DNA of 64,000 bases from Oxyplasma meridianum (GTDB taxonomy: Archaea > Thermoplasmatota > Thermoplasmata > Thermoplasmatales > Thermoplasmataceae), in assembly GCF_038024865.1 (NCBI RefSeq), contig NZ_CP133772.1:8131-72130 (forward strand), in the 5' to 3' direction. The notes under the pieces are model-generated. The model ran no database searches. It had not been told where the DNA came from and saw nothing but the letters and a program-made list of their open reading frames with translations. This document shows positions 38,739-49,622 of this stretch, piece after piece; the stretch's first letter is position 1, and each line of letters begins with the position of its first letter. The position numbers and the translations under genes were made by a program.

Positions 38739-39728
38739 ATGGCTGAAAGTCCAGACTTAAGTGATCAGGTGGTCTTCTATAGAAATGAGATCACTGACAT
38801 GATATTTTACGATAAACTTTCAAGGAGGGTGAAAGATGACAGTTTCAGAAATTCCCTTATACGTCTTTCTGAGACTGAGAAAAGCCATTCCAATTTCTGG
38901 AAACAGCGCCTTGAAAAATCTGGAATAAAGGTGGATGAAATAAGGCCAAAATTTGGGAGAATAAGGGGACTCCTTGTGATAAGGCGACTCATTGGGAATT
39001 ACCTCTCAATCAAGCTTTTGGAGCACAGCGAAATAGATTCAATACTTCAATACAATAAATTTCTGGAGGACAACAGAAGCGACGCAGAGATTTCAAACCC
39101 GCTGCAAAAAATAATTTTGGACGAGATAGAACATGAGGAGGTTTTCTCAAAGAAGGCTGGTGACGAAGATATTCTCATACAGAAAAACAGGGACCTCATA
39201 TACGGTATGAGTGACGGCCTGGTGGAAGTGCTGGCTTCACTGGCTGGTCTGTCAGGGATAATATCCGATCACTTTTACATAGCACTTGGAGGAACCGTTG
39301 TGGGGATAGGTGGTGCAATAAGTATGGCACTTGGAGCCTATCTTTCGCAGAAGTCAGAATCAGAGTACAAGATAAATGAACTGACCAAGAAATCAATACT
39401 TGAGAGAAAGATCAGATACGGAAAAAAGATGGAACAATACAAGGGCGAATCTAAAAAATCAGCTCTGAATGTTGGCATGTCATACGTATTGGGGGCAGTC
39501 ATTCCCATAATTCCTTTTATTTTTCTCCCAAGAATTGAGGCGCTTATTGTTGCTGTTATACTTGTGGCGGCTAGCCAGGGTTTCTCCAACATGATTGTTG
39601 CCATTACAATGGGGCTCAGGATTCTAAGAACATCCATGCAGGCAATGTCTCTTTCTCTGATAGCAGCAGCTGCAACATTCTCTGTGAGTTATTTTTTCCA
39701 TATATTCTTCCATATAACATTGATCTGA
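38739..39728 (+). CDS. VIT1/CCC1-family iron transporter with N-terminal ferritin-like domain
   Basis: C-terminal 'DLIYGMSDGLVEVLASLAGL' VIT1 signature, TM helices and a helical N-terminal ferritin-like region. Confidence 0.7.
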   Translation: MAESPDLSDQVVFYRNEITDMIFYDKLSRRVKDDSFRNSLIRLSETEKSHSNFWKQRLEKSGIKVDEIRPKFGRIRGLLVIRRLIGNYLSIKLLEHSEIDSILQYNKFLEDNRSDAEISNPLQKIILDEIEHEEVFSKKAGDEDILIQKNRDLIYGMSDGLVEVLASLAGLSGIISDHFYIALGGTVVGIGGAISMALGAYLSQKSESEYKINELTKKSILERKIRYGKKMEQYKGESKKSALNVGMSYVLGAVIPIIPFIFLPRIEALIVAVILVAASQGFSNMIVAITMGLRILRTSMQAMSLSLIAAAATFSVSYFFHIFFHITLI

Positions 39729-39775
39729 ATCAAGACAGGCTAAAAGTATATTTACTGTTCTGATTATAAACTGCC

Positions 39776-40552
39776 ATGTCCGGTCCAATAGTAATCCGGG
39801 ATCTATACAAAAAATACGCTGATAATTATGCGCTAAACGGACTGGACTTAACAATAGACACAGGGCAGATATATGGAATACTAGGCCCGAACGGGTCCGG
39901 AAAGACAACTCTTCTCAGAATTATCTGTTCATTGCTGGAGATGACATCCGGATATGTACGACTTGGGAACCTCAATCCCATGATGGACGGAGAAAAAGTA
40001 AAGTCAGCGGTAGGATATGTCCCAGAAACACCCGCGCTTTATGAATCTCTAACTCCTCTTGAATACTTTTCTTTTGTATGCTCAGTCAGGGGGATAGGGG
40101 AGGATGTTATGGAAAGAAGGGTAAGGAATCTGGTGGAGGCATTTGGAATAAGCGATAAGGTGGATAATTTCATAGGTTCCCTTTCTTTTGGAACAAAACA
40201 GAAAGTTGCAATAATATCTGCAATTTTACATGATCCTGAATATCTCATTCTGGATGAGGGAATGAATGGTCTGGATCCCAGATCAGCAAAGATTCTTAAG
40301 GATCTGCTTCAGGACTTTGCTTCCCATGGAAAGACTGTTATATTTTCAACTCACATACTTGAAGTTGCGGAGAGTGTATGCAACAGAATATCCATACTTT
40401 TCAACGGAAAAATAGTGATAGAAGGGACAATGGAAGATATGAGATCAGAGATGGGGCAAAAGCAGTCGAATCTCGAGGACATCTTTCTAAAACTCACTGG
40501 AGATGAGGATCTGAAACCTGTTATTGAGACATTAAAAAGGACGCTGAGGTAG
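39776..40552 (+). CDS. ABC transporter ATP-binding protein
   Basis: Walker A 'GPNGSGKTT', signature 'LSFGTKQK', Walker B 'LILDEGMNGLD'. Confidence 0.9.
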   Translation: MSGPIVIRDLYKKYADNYALNGLDLTIDTGQIYGILGPNGSGKTTLLRIICSLLEMTSGYVRLGNLNPMMDGEKVKSAVGYVPETPALYESLTPLEYFSFVCSVRGIGEDVMERRVRNLVEAFGISDKVDNFIGSLSFGTKQKVAIISAILHDPEYLILDEGMNGLDPRSAKILKDLLQDFASHGKTVIFSTHILEVAESVCNRISILFNGKIVIEGTMEDMRSEMGQKQSNLEDIFLKLTGDEDLKPVIETLKRTLR

Positions 40553-40558
40553 TGAAAA

Positions 40559-42172
40559 GTGAAGAGTCCCAAGACATTTATTGGAAAGCGCATAATGATC
40601 GAGCAGAGATACCTCGCCATTAAAAATTCCAACAGATTTAATAAAAGATTCAGAAAGGGTGGAGAGGAGGCGACATCATACCTTTCCCAAAGTATTAAAA
40701 TATCATATCTGGCCAGTTCTGTTTCTTTCATCATATTTTCCACAATTCTTTCAGAACCATATTTCGGATCAGGAGGGTCAATGAGGGGTCTTTCAAACCT
40801 CACATTCCTCCTCTATGTTTATCTCATGATGATCAGCATATACAGTTCTCTGATATTTTTCAATACAATCAAGACAAACAATCTGCTTGAACCCTTGAGT
40901 TCGCTTCCAATCAGGTCAGGTTATGGAGTTTTATGGAGTTCATGGTTCAGATACACAGGTTCAGCCTCAATATTTGTGATCATACCTCCTCTTGTTCTAT
41001 TTTACTCCAAATTTGGTTCAATAACCGGAATTGTATTTGGAATAACCTGGGCATTTATTATAACATTATTTGGTTTTCTTGCGGGATCCACCATCTCAGT
41101 CTTTGTAAGTTCTCATTTCAATGAAAAAAGGAGGTCATTTTCAAATTCAATCAGAGGTATCTTGAGGATCTTAGTGGTAATATCTATTTTTCTATTTTTT
41201 GAAATAAGCGTATACCTTCCAAAGGACATTCCATTCGTAATCCCATCCCTTTCAGGGCCGGAATCCTACTTTGTATTCTTTGCCAATATACCTTACCTTG
41301 TCTATGGCCATTATTTTTACGCTTCACAGTACATATACGGAATTCTGACCACTTTTTTATACGCCTTTTTAACTTATATTTTTTATAAGAAAGTAGGCCC
41401 TATTATCTACAATGATCTTAACACAACAATTTCAAAACTTTCGACAGGTTTTGAAAAGAAAGAGTTTCATTTCCCGGCATATGGATTCTACAGATCGCTG
41501 ATCATGAAGGAATTCAGGACAATATTCCGTAAGTCCCAGAATCTTGTACTTTTCTTCATACCTGTATTTTTCATACTCCCCACTCTCATATCAGTACTTT
41601 TCTATGGAGATATACAGAGTGTTAGCTTCAGTTCAGTTTATTATTCACTTATCTCAGTGGTGGTGGTATGTTCGTCCTTCTATTCTCTCGTAATGGTTAT
41701 CTCAGAAGGTAGTGGAATTGATGTTTTAAAATCCCTTCCTATAAAAACCGGGCAGATAATATTCGCAAAAAATATCGTGGGGCTAACTGTGTTCATTTTT
41801 ATCGTCGTACCAATAACTGTTGTATTACTTTTTTATTCAGGTTCTCCTCTTTACCTCTATTTTATCATTATATTAGACCTTCTGTCAGCATATATATTCT
41901 CCTCACTGTTCAATATGCGTCGCCTGTACAGAAAAATTCCAGATGGATCCAGTACTGTGAACTTCTATTCTTTTGGCGGAAATATGGGACTGGCAATTCT
42001 TTTTGCATTCACTATAATACTCATCATGCTGCCTGTTGCAATATCAATAGCAGGAACTTACGAACTTTTTGGATCCTATATGGGGCATCCGGTTGTGTTT
42101 TACTCAATAAACGGTTCTGTTAATTTTGTGGGTCTCCTCATGGCAGCAAGAACTGTCAGTATAACTCCATAG
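40559..42172 (+). CDS. ABC-2-type transporter permease (polytopic membrane protein)
   Basis: 537 aa with at least 10 hydrophobic segments, immediately downstream of the ATPase. Confidence 0.6.
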   Translation: MKSPKTFIGKRIMIEQRYLAIKNSNRFNKRFRKGGEEATSYLSQSIKISYLASSVSFIIFSTILSEPYFGSGGSMRGLSNLTFLLYVYLMMISIYSSLIFFNTIKTNNLLEPLSSLPIRSGYGVLWSSWFRYTGSASIFVIIPPLVLFYSKFGSITGIVFGITWAFIITLFGFLAGSTISVFVSSHFNEKRRSFSNSIRGILRILVVISIFLFFEISVYLPKDIPFVIPSLSGPESYFVFFANIPYLVYGHYFYASQYIYGILTTFLYAFLTYIFYKKVGPIIYNDLNTTISKLSTGFEKKEFHFPAYGFYRSLIMKEFRTIFRKSQNLVLFFIPVFFILPTLISVLFYGDIQSVSFSSVYYSLISVVVVCSSFYSLVMVISEGSGIDVLKSLPIKTGQIIFAKNIVGLTVFIFIVVPITVVLLFYSGSPLYLYFIIILDLLSAYIFSSLFNMRRLYRKIPDGSSTVNFYSFGGNMGLAILFAFTIILIMLPVAISIAGTYELFGSYMGHPVVFYSINGSVNFVGLLMAARTVSITP

Positions 42173-42365
42173 GTAGTTTCAGAAAGGCACCTTCAATCCT
42201 TTCGGACGTGGAGGCAATCAGAAATATAATAAAATCCTCCGTTATGCCATTTCCACCACAAAGGCAGCAGGAGAATCGGGATAAAATCCACTAACTTTTG
42301 AACATGTCGGCTTTGCATAAATCTTATAAATGCTTTATAAATAAACCTTGCACTCGTGATGATAA

Positions 42366-42818
42366 ATGGTAGATGTTAAAAAAGTACCAACAGATGTCCT
42401 GCTTAAAAATCTTGCAGAAGGCTTCAAGAACAACAAGAAAATTAAGTTGCCAGAATGGGTTGAATTCGCAAAGGCTGGCATACACAAGGAAAAGGCATGG
42501 GAACAGCCTGACTGGTATTACACAAGGCTAGCTTCAACTCTCAGGAAGGTTTTCATAAAGGGGCCGATTGGAATTTCAAAATTGAGCGAAGAATACGGTG
42601 GGAGAGTTGACAGAGGGTCCAAGAGATACCATCCAGCCAAAGGAAGCAGATCCATTGTGAGACATATGCTTCAGACACTTGAAGAACTGGGACTGGTTAA
42701 GAAGGTAAAAGAAGGAAGAATCATTTCTCCAGAAGGCAACTCTCTTCTAGACAAAATTTCAAAGGAAACACTGACCATGCTTTCCGAAAAAGACAAAACC
42801 TTTGAAAAATTCCTGTAA
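42366..42818 (+). CDS. rps19e: Ribosomal protein S19e
   Basis: 'VKKVPTDVLLKNLAEGFK..KLPEWVEFAKAG...PDWYYTRLASTLRK'. Confidence 0.9.
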   Translation: MVDVKKVPTDVLLKNLAEGFKNNKKIKLPEWVEFAKAGIHKEKAWEQPDWYYTRLASTLRKVFIKGPIGISKLSEEYGGRVDRGSKRYHPAKGSRSIVRHMLQTLEELGLVKKVKEGRIISPEGNSLLDKISKETLTMLSEKDKTFEKFL

Positions 42819-42828
42819 GTGAGATGAA

Positions 42829-43179
42829 ATGGATAGTGATGATGAACTAGAAGAATTAAGAAGAAAGAAATTAGAGGAAATGCAGGGCAACCTTTCCTCA
42901 CAGAGAAGCAGGGAAGAGGAGGTCCGTGCACAGCAGGAAGCAGAAAGGGCAAGAAAACAGCAGATACTGAGGCAGATACTTGCACCTGATGCACGGGAAA
43001 GATTGGCCAATGTAAGGCTAGTAAGGCCTGATCTTGCAGAGAACGTTGAAAATCAGCTTGTATCCCTTGCTGGAATGGGAAGGATAAACAGGTTGCTCAC
43101 GGATAAGGACATAAGAGACATATTGGGAAAATTTCAGGAAAACAAAAGGGAAACAAAGATAGAGAGGAGAAGTAAATGA
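42829..43179 (+). CDS. PDCD5/TFAR19-like dsDNA-binding protein
   Basis: '[14 protein letters not shown]...[32 protein letters not shown]' PDCD5 domain, conserved next to rps19e in archaea. Confidence 0.75.
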   Translation: MDSDDELEELRRKKLEEMQGNLSSQRSREEEVRAQQEAERARKQQILRQILAPDARERLANVRLVRPDLAENVENQLVSLAGMGRINRLLTDKDIRDILGKFQENKRETKIERRSK

Positions 43180-43331
43180 GCAGAAACAAAGAGCTTGGTC
43201 GAAAGATAAGATTAATGAAGAAGATAAAGGAAAACCGAAGGGTTCCGGGATGGGTAATGATCAAAACCGCAAGAAAGGTAACCCAGAACCCCAAGAGAAG
43301 AAACTGGAGAAGAGGGGGACTTAAACTTTAG
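43176..43331 (+). CDS. rpl39e: Ribosomal protein L39e, 51 aa
   Basis: Translation '[51 protein letters not shown]'. The ATG overlaps the upstream TGA (ATGA). It is absent from the ORF track because it is shorter than 60 aa. Confidence 0.85.
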   Translation: MSRNKELGRKIRLMKKIKENRRVPGWVMIKTARKVTQNPKRRNWRRGGLKL

Positions 43332-43341
43332 GTGATATATC

Positions 43342-43617
43342 ATGGTTGAGAATCAGGATCAGGTTAGCAGTGAAATAATGATGACAATACCGCTCAGGAA
43401 AGCCAGACTGGTTAGGATGGACAGAAGAGCTGATACTGCAATTCAGATTATAATTGAACACGTGGCAAAACACGCAAAGACAACAAGGGAAAAAATATGG
43501 GTTGATAACAGGGTTAATGAAATGATATGGTCACGTGGAAGAAAAAAGGTTCCGTCCTCCCTTCAACTCAAGATTATAAAATTACAGGAGGGCACAACAG
43601 AGGTCCTTTTGCCATAA
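43342..43617 (+). CDS. rpl31e: Ribosomal protein L31e
   Basis: 'IPLRKA.....RRADTAIQIIIEHVAKH' L31e family. Confidence 0.9.
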   Translation: MVENQDQVSSEIMMTIPLRKARLVRMDRRADTAIQIIIEHVAKHAKTTREKIWVDNRVNEMIWSRGRKKVPSSLQLKIIKLQEGTTEVLLP

Positions 43618-43619
43618 TT

Positions 43620-44273
43620 ATGATTAAAAAAATATCAATTCTTCGAAGCAATTTTATCGGAGTTTATTCAAGGGTCTGGGAGGATATAGCTTTCCTTCCA
43701 TTCAATGCGGAAGATTTTGTGGAAAAGGATTTTGAGGATATTCTCGGGGTTGAAACAAGAAAGATTCTTATAAATAACAGCCCCTTGATCGGCACAATGA
43801 TGGTTCTTAACTCCAACGGCATCATTATTGGCAAGAACGACTTTGACGACGGTTCAACAATGACGGTGGGTGATAGGAATTTCCTCTCACTTAAGGATAA
43901 GATGAATGCAGTGGGAAACGATATCCTGGCCAACGATCATGGAGCAATGGTTCATAAAAGCTTTACCGCAGCAGCGGTCAAAAAAATCTCAGATACGTTG
44001 GGTGTTGAGGTTATCAAAGGTACTATTGGAGATATAAAAACAGTGGGAAGTTCGGCAGTTTTAACACAGAAGGGTCTTCTCACCACTCCCGAAGTATCAG
44101 ATGATGAAATAAAATTTCTGTCAAATTTCTTCAAGGTTCCTGCCAAATCGGGAACAGCAAATTTCGGGAACCTCTACGTAGGTTCATCAATTGTTGCAAA
44201 CAGCAAAGGAGTCCTTGTGGGAGAAGATACAACACCTATAGAAATCGGCAGGATTGACGACATACTGTCATGA
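43620..44273 (+). CDS. eif6: Translation initiation factor 6 (aIF6)
   Basis: Pentein-repeat protein 'FIGVYSRVWEDIAFLP...SPLIGTMMVLNSNGIIIG'. The longest ORF (from 43527) overlaps rpl31e in another frame; Met 43620 is the real start. Confidence 0.85.
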   Translation: MIKKISILRSNFIGVYSRVWEDIAFLPFNAEDFVEKDFEDILGVETRKILINNSPLIGTMMVLNSNGIIIGKNDFDDGSTMTVGDRNFLSLKDKMNAVGNDILANDHGAMVHKSFTAAAVKKISDTLGVEVIKGTIGDIKTVGSSAVLTQKGLLTTPEVSDDEIKFLSNFFKVPAKSGTANFGNLYVGSSIVANSKGVLVGEDTTPIEIGRIDDILS

Positions 44274-44771
44274 TCAGAGTATTTCTGATATCTTAACCAT
44301 GGATATCAGTTCAATGCCATTTTCTTTTAGCATATCCCATGCACCCTCTTCCCTGTCAACCACACATATTGATCTTTCAACTACAGCCCCGGCATCCCTA
44401 AGTGTCTGTGCAGCTTTTAGAACAGATCCTCCCGTAGTCACCACATCTTCCAGTAGATCTATAATCTCTCCAGGTTTGAATGTTCCAATCAACAGCTTTT
44501 TTGTCCCATGGCTTCTCTCCTTTCTTATTATAACATATCTTTTACCAGTTTCCAGAGCGGTTGCAACTGTGAGGGGAACAGCGCCCAGTTCCATTCCGCC
44601 TATAATTTCAGATTTTATAAGTGAGGCGAACTTTGCTGCGATTTCAGCAAGAATTGCAGGGTCAGTTGCTGATTCCTTTATGTCAACGTAATACTTTGAT
44701 TTCTTTCCAGAAGTAAGTGTGAAGTCTCCTGTCTTTATGGCTCCGCACTTAAGCAATGTATCCTTTATCAT
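44274..44771 (-). CDS. pyrE: Orotate phosphoribosyltransferase
   Basis: PRPP motif 'VIIRKERSHG...LLEDVVTTGGS'. The start is taken at Met 44771; the longer ORF to 44846 is probably an artefact. Confidence 0.85.
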   Translation of the reverse strand: MIKDTLLKCGAIKTGDFTLTSGKKSKYYVDIKESATDPAILAEIAAKFASLIKSEIIGGMELGAVPLTVATALETGKRYVIIRKERSHGTKKLLIGTFKPGEIIDLLEDVVTTGGSVLKAAQTLRDAGAVVERSICVVDREEGAWDMLKENGIELISMVKISEIL

Positions 44772-44922
44772 TGCCGTTTTATGCCAAAAGTGTATAAATA
44801 ATATCTGAGTCCGACATTGATGGACATAATTTTCTATAATAAGCATCTTTTTAAGACAGCATTGTTCATTAACTCCACTATGGAAAAAAAATATATATTA
44901 GCAATGATATCTTATCAGACAT

Positions 44923-46068
44923 ATGGGGAACGAAATTGATCTTTTGTTTAAGACGGCAATGGATGACGAAATCAACGAAAACAGCAACAGTAAAGTAATG
45001 GGTGAATACAGTTCACCTGAAGATCTTGAAATAGCTGAAATAGCCCATGCGCTTCGCGTCAGGATTAAGATAATAGGTTGTGGAGGAGGAGGTTCCAACA
45101 CAATTAACAGGATGTCGAGAATCGGAATAGACGGCGCGGATTTAATGGCCATAAACACTGACGCTGCTCATCTTCTGACTATAAAATCAAAGGGTAAACT
45201 TCTAATCGGCAAGAGACGCACTGGAGGAAGAGGGACTGGAGCCTCACCCATAGTTGGTGAAGAGGCGGCTATGGAAGACCTCCCAAGAATTCAGAACATG
45301 GTGGCAAAGAACGATATAACCTTCGTTACCTGCGGACTTGGGGGTGGAACAGGCACAGGATCCGCTCCCATAATTGCAAAATGTGCCAAAGACGCAGGTT
45401 CACTTGTAATCTCCGTTGTAACACTTCCATTCAGTGCAGAGGGTAGCCTCAGGATGGAGAATGCCCTTCGGGGATTGGAAAAGGTATCGCAGTATTCTGA
45501 CACTGTCATAGCCATACCAAACGACAAACTTCTGAAAGAGGTCCCAAAGAGACCAATAGAAGAGGCGTTCGGTTACGCAGATTCTGTACTTTCAGAAGCC
45601 ATAAAGGGCATAACAGAACTCATAACGAAAACAGGAATAATAAACCTTGATTACGCAGATATAAAGACAATTATGAAGGACGGAGGGGTAGCCATGATAG
45701 GGATCGGTACCTCCAACGGTGGGCAGGATCGTGTTCTGCAGGCAGTTAATGATGCCATAAAGTCACCTCTAGTAGAAGCTGATATATCTGAGGCAAGAAA
45801 CTGTCTAATAAGAGTGATTGGCGGACCAAACATGACAGTCAGCGAGGCTGAAACCGCAGTGAGCGAGATACAGAAGAAGATCGACCAGGATGCCAGGATA
45901 ATATGGGGTGCCAATGTGAACGAAAACATGGGGGATGAGATCAAGGTCCTGGTGCTCATAACAGGTGTGAAATCACCCTACATGATTTCTGGAAAGACAC
46001 AGGCTAGAAATCTTGGGAAGATGTTCAGCCCCTACTCAAGCGAAGACGGGCTGGATATGGTATCCTGA
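44923..46068 (+). CDS. ftsZ: Cell division GTPase FtsZ
   Basis: Tubulin signature 'GGGTGTG' and 'GCGGGGSNTINRM', T7 loop 'NVDFAD'-like 'NLDYADIKT'. Confidence 0.9.
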   Translation: MGNEIDLLFKTAMDDEINENSNSKVMGEYSSPEDLEIAEIAHALRVRIKIIGCGGGGSNTINRMSRIGIDGADLMAINTDAAHLLTIKSKGKLLIGKRRTGGRGTGASPIVGEEAAMEDLPRIQNMVAKNDITFVTCGLGGGTGTGSAPIIAKCAKDAGSLVISVVTLPFSAEGSLRMENALRGLEKVSQYSDTVIAIPNDKLLKEVPKRPIEEAFGYADSVLSEAIKGITELITKTGIINLDYADIKTIMKDGGVAMIGIGTSNGGQDRVLQAVNDAIKSPLVEADISEARNCLIRVIGGPNMTVSEAETAVSEIQKKIDQDARIIWGANVNENMGDEIKVLVLITGVKSPYMISGKTQARNLGKMFSPYSSEDGLDMVS

Positions 46069-46108
46069 TTCCACAATCTTTTTTATGCTTCAATAACATA
46101 ACATACAG

Positions 46109-46765
46109 ATGACTGATAACTCCCGGCTGATTGTTGCCCTGGATCTGAAAGTCCCGGATAAGGCCATGGAACTTGCCAGGGAAATTCACAGGGAAATATT
46201 TGCCATTAAAATAAACTGGCCTCTTCTGATGGTTGCTGGAGTTGGAATCATCAGGGAACTATCTTCATACGGGAGGGTGATCTGTGATCTCAAGATAGCG
46301 GATATACCAAATACAAATTCTCTCATAACATCAAACGTCAAGGAAAACGGAGGATGGGGGATAATAACCCACGCATTCACCGGTTCCGATTCATTAGCTG
46401 CTGTAATTGAGGCTGCTGGTGAGATGAAGGTGTTTGCCGTTGTTTCTATGTCTCATCCCGGATCAGACCAGTTCATAAACTCAGTGAGCATGGATCTTCT
46501 TGAAATGGCGATGAAGGAAAAAATCAGCGGAGTTATTGCACCAGGCAATGATCTGGTAATGCTGAGAAGAATAAGAAATGCTGGCAAAGGACTCATGATT
46601 CTATCCCCCGGCATAGGTGTCCAGGGTGGAAATCCGGCAGATGCCATAAGAAACGGATCCGACTATGTAATCGCAGGACGGTCCATATATAATTCGGAAG
46701 ACCCCCTCGGTGAAGTTCGCAGGATCAACAGTGCTGTATCATCTGTGATCCATAGATCATCCTAG
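46109..46765 (+). CDS. pyrF: Orotidine 5'-phosphate decarboxylase
   Basis: 'LIVALDL', 'DLKIADIPNT' (the catalytic Lys in DxKxxD). Confidence 0.8.
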   Translation: MTDNSRLIVALDLKVPDKAMELAREIHREIFAIKINWPLLMVAGVGIIRELSSYGRVICDLKIADIPNTNSLITSNVKENGGWGIITHAFTGSDSLAAVIEAAGEMKVFAVVSMSHPGSDQFINSVSMDLLEMAMKEKISGVIAPGNDLVMLRRIRNAGKGLMILSPGIGVQGGNPADAIRNGSDYVIAGRSIYNSEDPLGEVRRINSAVSSVIHRSS

Positions 46766-46783
46766 TTTTTTAGGGTTTAACAT

Positions 46784-47725
46784 TCAAAGGTGTGCAAGGT
46801 ATAGAAGAACCATAACTGGAACAACGAATACTATAAGAAAAACATAGAATGAGAGGTAATAGATTTTCAACGCCCTTTTAATGTCTCCTGAAGTGGCTTC
46901 ATAACCAGTTTCATTTATTATATATGAACCTCTTTTTTCAATTCGTAAATTGAGAGCACTGGAATAGGCCCCAATTGGCCAGCCATTGTTTGCGCTGTCA
47001 ACTATCCATGCAACCTTCCTTGAAGATACGCCCTGAACCCTGTAGTTCAGCATTTCTGAACTGAAGAATATTATAAATGACCCTATTCTTGCAGGTATGT
47101 AATTCACCAGCGTCTTTGTGATGGCAGTCCATTTCCCGAATTCTCGGTTTCTTCTGTTCTTGAATCCAACAAGGCTGTCAAGAACATTGACTACTCTGGT
47201 GAACAGGGCTCCAATGATGCCGAAGATTGCAAAAAACATGAGTGGGGTGAAAACATCATCCACTATTCCCTTTGATATATACTCAATAGTTGTTGAGGCC
47301 ACCTCTGAATCTTTCAGATTGGAAGTATCTCTTCTAACCAGCCTTGATAGGTATATTCTGGATTCATCCAGGCTGCCATCGTCCAGGGATCTTATGATGG
47401 GCTTTACGTCCTCGCCCATTACTGTTATGGAAAAAGAGCTTTTAAGCACGATAATTGCAGCCACGACATAGATAACTGAAAACAGGCTCAGAACTTTTAG
47501 AACTGCCAGAACCGGAGTAAGGCAGAGTGCAGAAAGAAAGATTAGGTAAATGAAACCTGCTGCTGCTTTGTTCTTCCAGACTCTGAAGAACTGATCAAAG
47601 AATGCACCTATCTTCCTTATTACAACATTTGGATGGATATAGCTCCTGGGTTCCCCGAAGAGGAAATCCAACAGCAGTGATCCAACCAGGACGGACAGGC
47701 TAATTTCAAGTGAATTCAAAGTCAT
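46784..47725 (-). CDS. cbiB: Adenosylcobinamide-phosphate synthase CbiB/CobD
   Basis: 'LLDFLFGEPRSYIHPNVVIRKIG', a polytopic membrane protein of the CobD family. Confidence 0.8.
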   Translation of the reverse strand: MTLNSLEISLSVLVGSLLLDFLFGEPRSYIHPNVVIRKIGAFFDQFFRVWKNKAAAGFIYLIFLSALCLTPVLAVLKVLSLFSVIYVVAAIIVLKSSFSITVMGEDVKPIIRSLDDGSLDESRIYLSRLVRRDTSNLKDSEVASTTIEYISKGIVDDVFTPLMFFAIFGIIGALFTRVVNVLDSLVGFKNRRNREFGKWTAITKTLVNYIPARIGSFIIFFSSEMLNYRVQGVSSRKVAWIVDSANNGWPIGAYSSALNLRIEKRGSYIINETGYEATSGDIKRALKIYYLSFYVFLIVFVVPVMVLLYLAHL

Positions 47726-49179
47726 TTTACAAGTCTCTCTATGTAACTCATATCCATGTTTTCAATAAAAGAATTTGTGATGATATCTACCCTTCTCATA
47801 AGTTCTTCACTGTAGTTCACATCAGGAACTTTTTCGCCGGTTATGTAATGAATAAAATCCCTGTTTTCAAAAATTCCATGAACATTGGTTCCAATAATCT
47901 TTCCGTCTGGGGACACAGCCCCTTCCCTCCTGCCGCCTATATTGAGAAGATGCAGTTTTTCATTTGAAAAAACAGTTCCATAATGTATCTCATAACCTTT
48001 TCCTTTTGGAGAACCGGGAATTCCCCAATATTCCAGATAATATTCAACTGAATCCACTATTTTTTCCCTTGAATATTCCGTAGTAAGGTCAAGGAAACCA
48101 AGCCCCTCAATTCTTCCACTCCTTATCTGATTCTTCTCTGGATCTGAAATGATCTTTCCAAGCATCTGGTATCCTCCGCATATACCCACTATTGTTACCC
48201 CTCTTTTCCTGGCAAAATTCAATTTTTCTACGATTCCGGAATCAATTATGTATTTCAGATCACTTTCCACATTTTTTGATCCAGGGAGGATTATAGTTTC
48301 TGCAATGTCCAGATCATTTATATTGGATGCCGAAACATTGTGATATCCAAGCCCGTATATGATGAAGGGATCAGTATCGCTGTAATTTTCCATCTTTGGA
48401 TACCTTATAAGGCAGATCTTACGGTTTTCAAGCTTATTACAATCATAGTCCTGTGAATCTTCTCCTGGAAGAAAAACGCCATCAACGTATGGAAGTATAC
48501 CTAGCACAGGAATCCCTGTCATTCTCTCTATTTTCTCAATACCATCATTAAGGAGACTCTTTGAACCTCTCATCTTATTAATGACCATGCCTTTCACAAG
48601 ATCTGATCTGGGCATGATCTCCATTGTACCAAATAGTGAAGCAAAAACGCCACCTCTCTCAATATCTCCCACAAGTATTGCAGGTGTATTGTATATGGTG
48701 GATACATATATGTTGGCAACATCTCTGTCCATCAGGTTTATTTCCGCAGGTGAACCTGCCCCCTCAGCCACTACCACATCGAACCGGTCACACAGAAAAT
48801 CAAGGGAATCTTTCACAACTTTTTTTCCATTCCCAACGAGATATCTGTAATATTCGTCTATTGACATGACTCCCATGCTTTTTCCGTTTACAATGACCTG
48901 AGAACCATTTTTTCCCTCAGGTTTAAGCAGTATGGCACTCATCTCTTTTAATGGCGGTGTGGATGCCGCAAAGGCCTGAAGCCACTGAGATCTTGGTATC
49001 TCATAGCCCCCTTCTATTGCAACTGAGTTTAGAGACATGTTCATGGATTTGAAAGGTGCAACCCGATAACCCTTTCTGCTAAGAAATCTGCATATTGCCA
49101 GGGTTACAGTGGATTTTCCTGCGTTGGAAGATGTTCCAAGCACCTGTATCACACTTTTTCCGGTAACTGGATCTTTCAT
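47722..49179 (-). CDS. cobQ: Cobyric acid synthase CobQ/CbiP
   Basis: N-terminal P-loop 'VLGTSSNAGKST' and a C-terminal glutamine amidotransferase domain 'GICGGYQMLG'. Confidence 0.85.
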   Translation of the reverse strand: MKDPVTGKSVIQVLGTSSNAGKSTVTLAICRFLSRKGYRVAPFKSMNMSLNSVAIEGGYEIPRSQWLQAFAASTPPLKEMSAILLKPEGKNGSQVIVNGKSMGVMSIDEYYRYLVGNGKKVVKDSLDFLCDRFDVVVAEGAGSPAEINLMDRDVANIYVSTIYNTPAILVGDIERGGVFASLFGTMEIMPRSDLVKGMVINKMRGSKSLLNDGIEKIERMTGIPVLGILPYVDGVFLPGEDSQDYDCNKLENRKICLIRYPKMENYSDTDPFIIYGLGYHNVSASNINDLDIAETIILPGSKNVESDLKYIIDSGIVEKLNFARKRGVTIVGICGGYQMLGKIISDPEKNQIRSGRIEGLGFLDLTTEYSREKIVDSVEYYLEYWGIPGSPKGKGYEIHYGTVFSNEKLHLLNIGGRREGAVSPDGKIIGTNVHGIFENRDFIHYITGEKVPDVNYSEELMRRVDIITNSFIENMDMSYIERLVK

Positions 49180-49314
49180 TTCAAATCTTACAGAAAATAT
49201 GTATGCAGCATATCTAAATTTTTATGGTCATAAAGAGAACAGTGACAAATTTCGCATGGGTCCACGATGGTAAGGTTTAAGTTGATCTTATTTATTGTAT
49301 ATTGTTGATGAACA

Positions 49315-49500
49315 ATGGCAAGTTATCATTTCAAATGTAAGGATATAGGCATGGACTGTGATTTTGTAACCTCGTCAAAAAGCAATGACGATCTCTTTAT
49401 GAAAATATCTGATCACGCAAAGGCGGCACATAATATTCAGGAAGTTTCTCCGGAACTCAAGCAGAAGATCACAGGCGTCATAAGAAAGAAGCTCTTCTAA
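49315..49500 (+). CDS. DUF1059-family small metal-binding protein
   Basis: 'YHFKCKDIGMDCDFV......HAKAAH' is the typical DUF1059 pattern. Confidence 0.6.
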   Translation: MASYHFKCKDIGMDCDFVTSSKSNDDLFMKISDHAKAAHNIQEVSPELKQKITGVIRKKLF

Positions 49501-49622
49501 TTCTTTGAATAAGAGGGATGGGGGATATCCTCCCACAAACAAGTTATGAAATAATAATTCTTTATAGAAAACCTATTTTTTTAAAACAATAAATAAAATA
49601 TATATTATTTGCCTTTTGAATT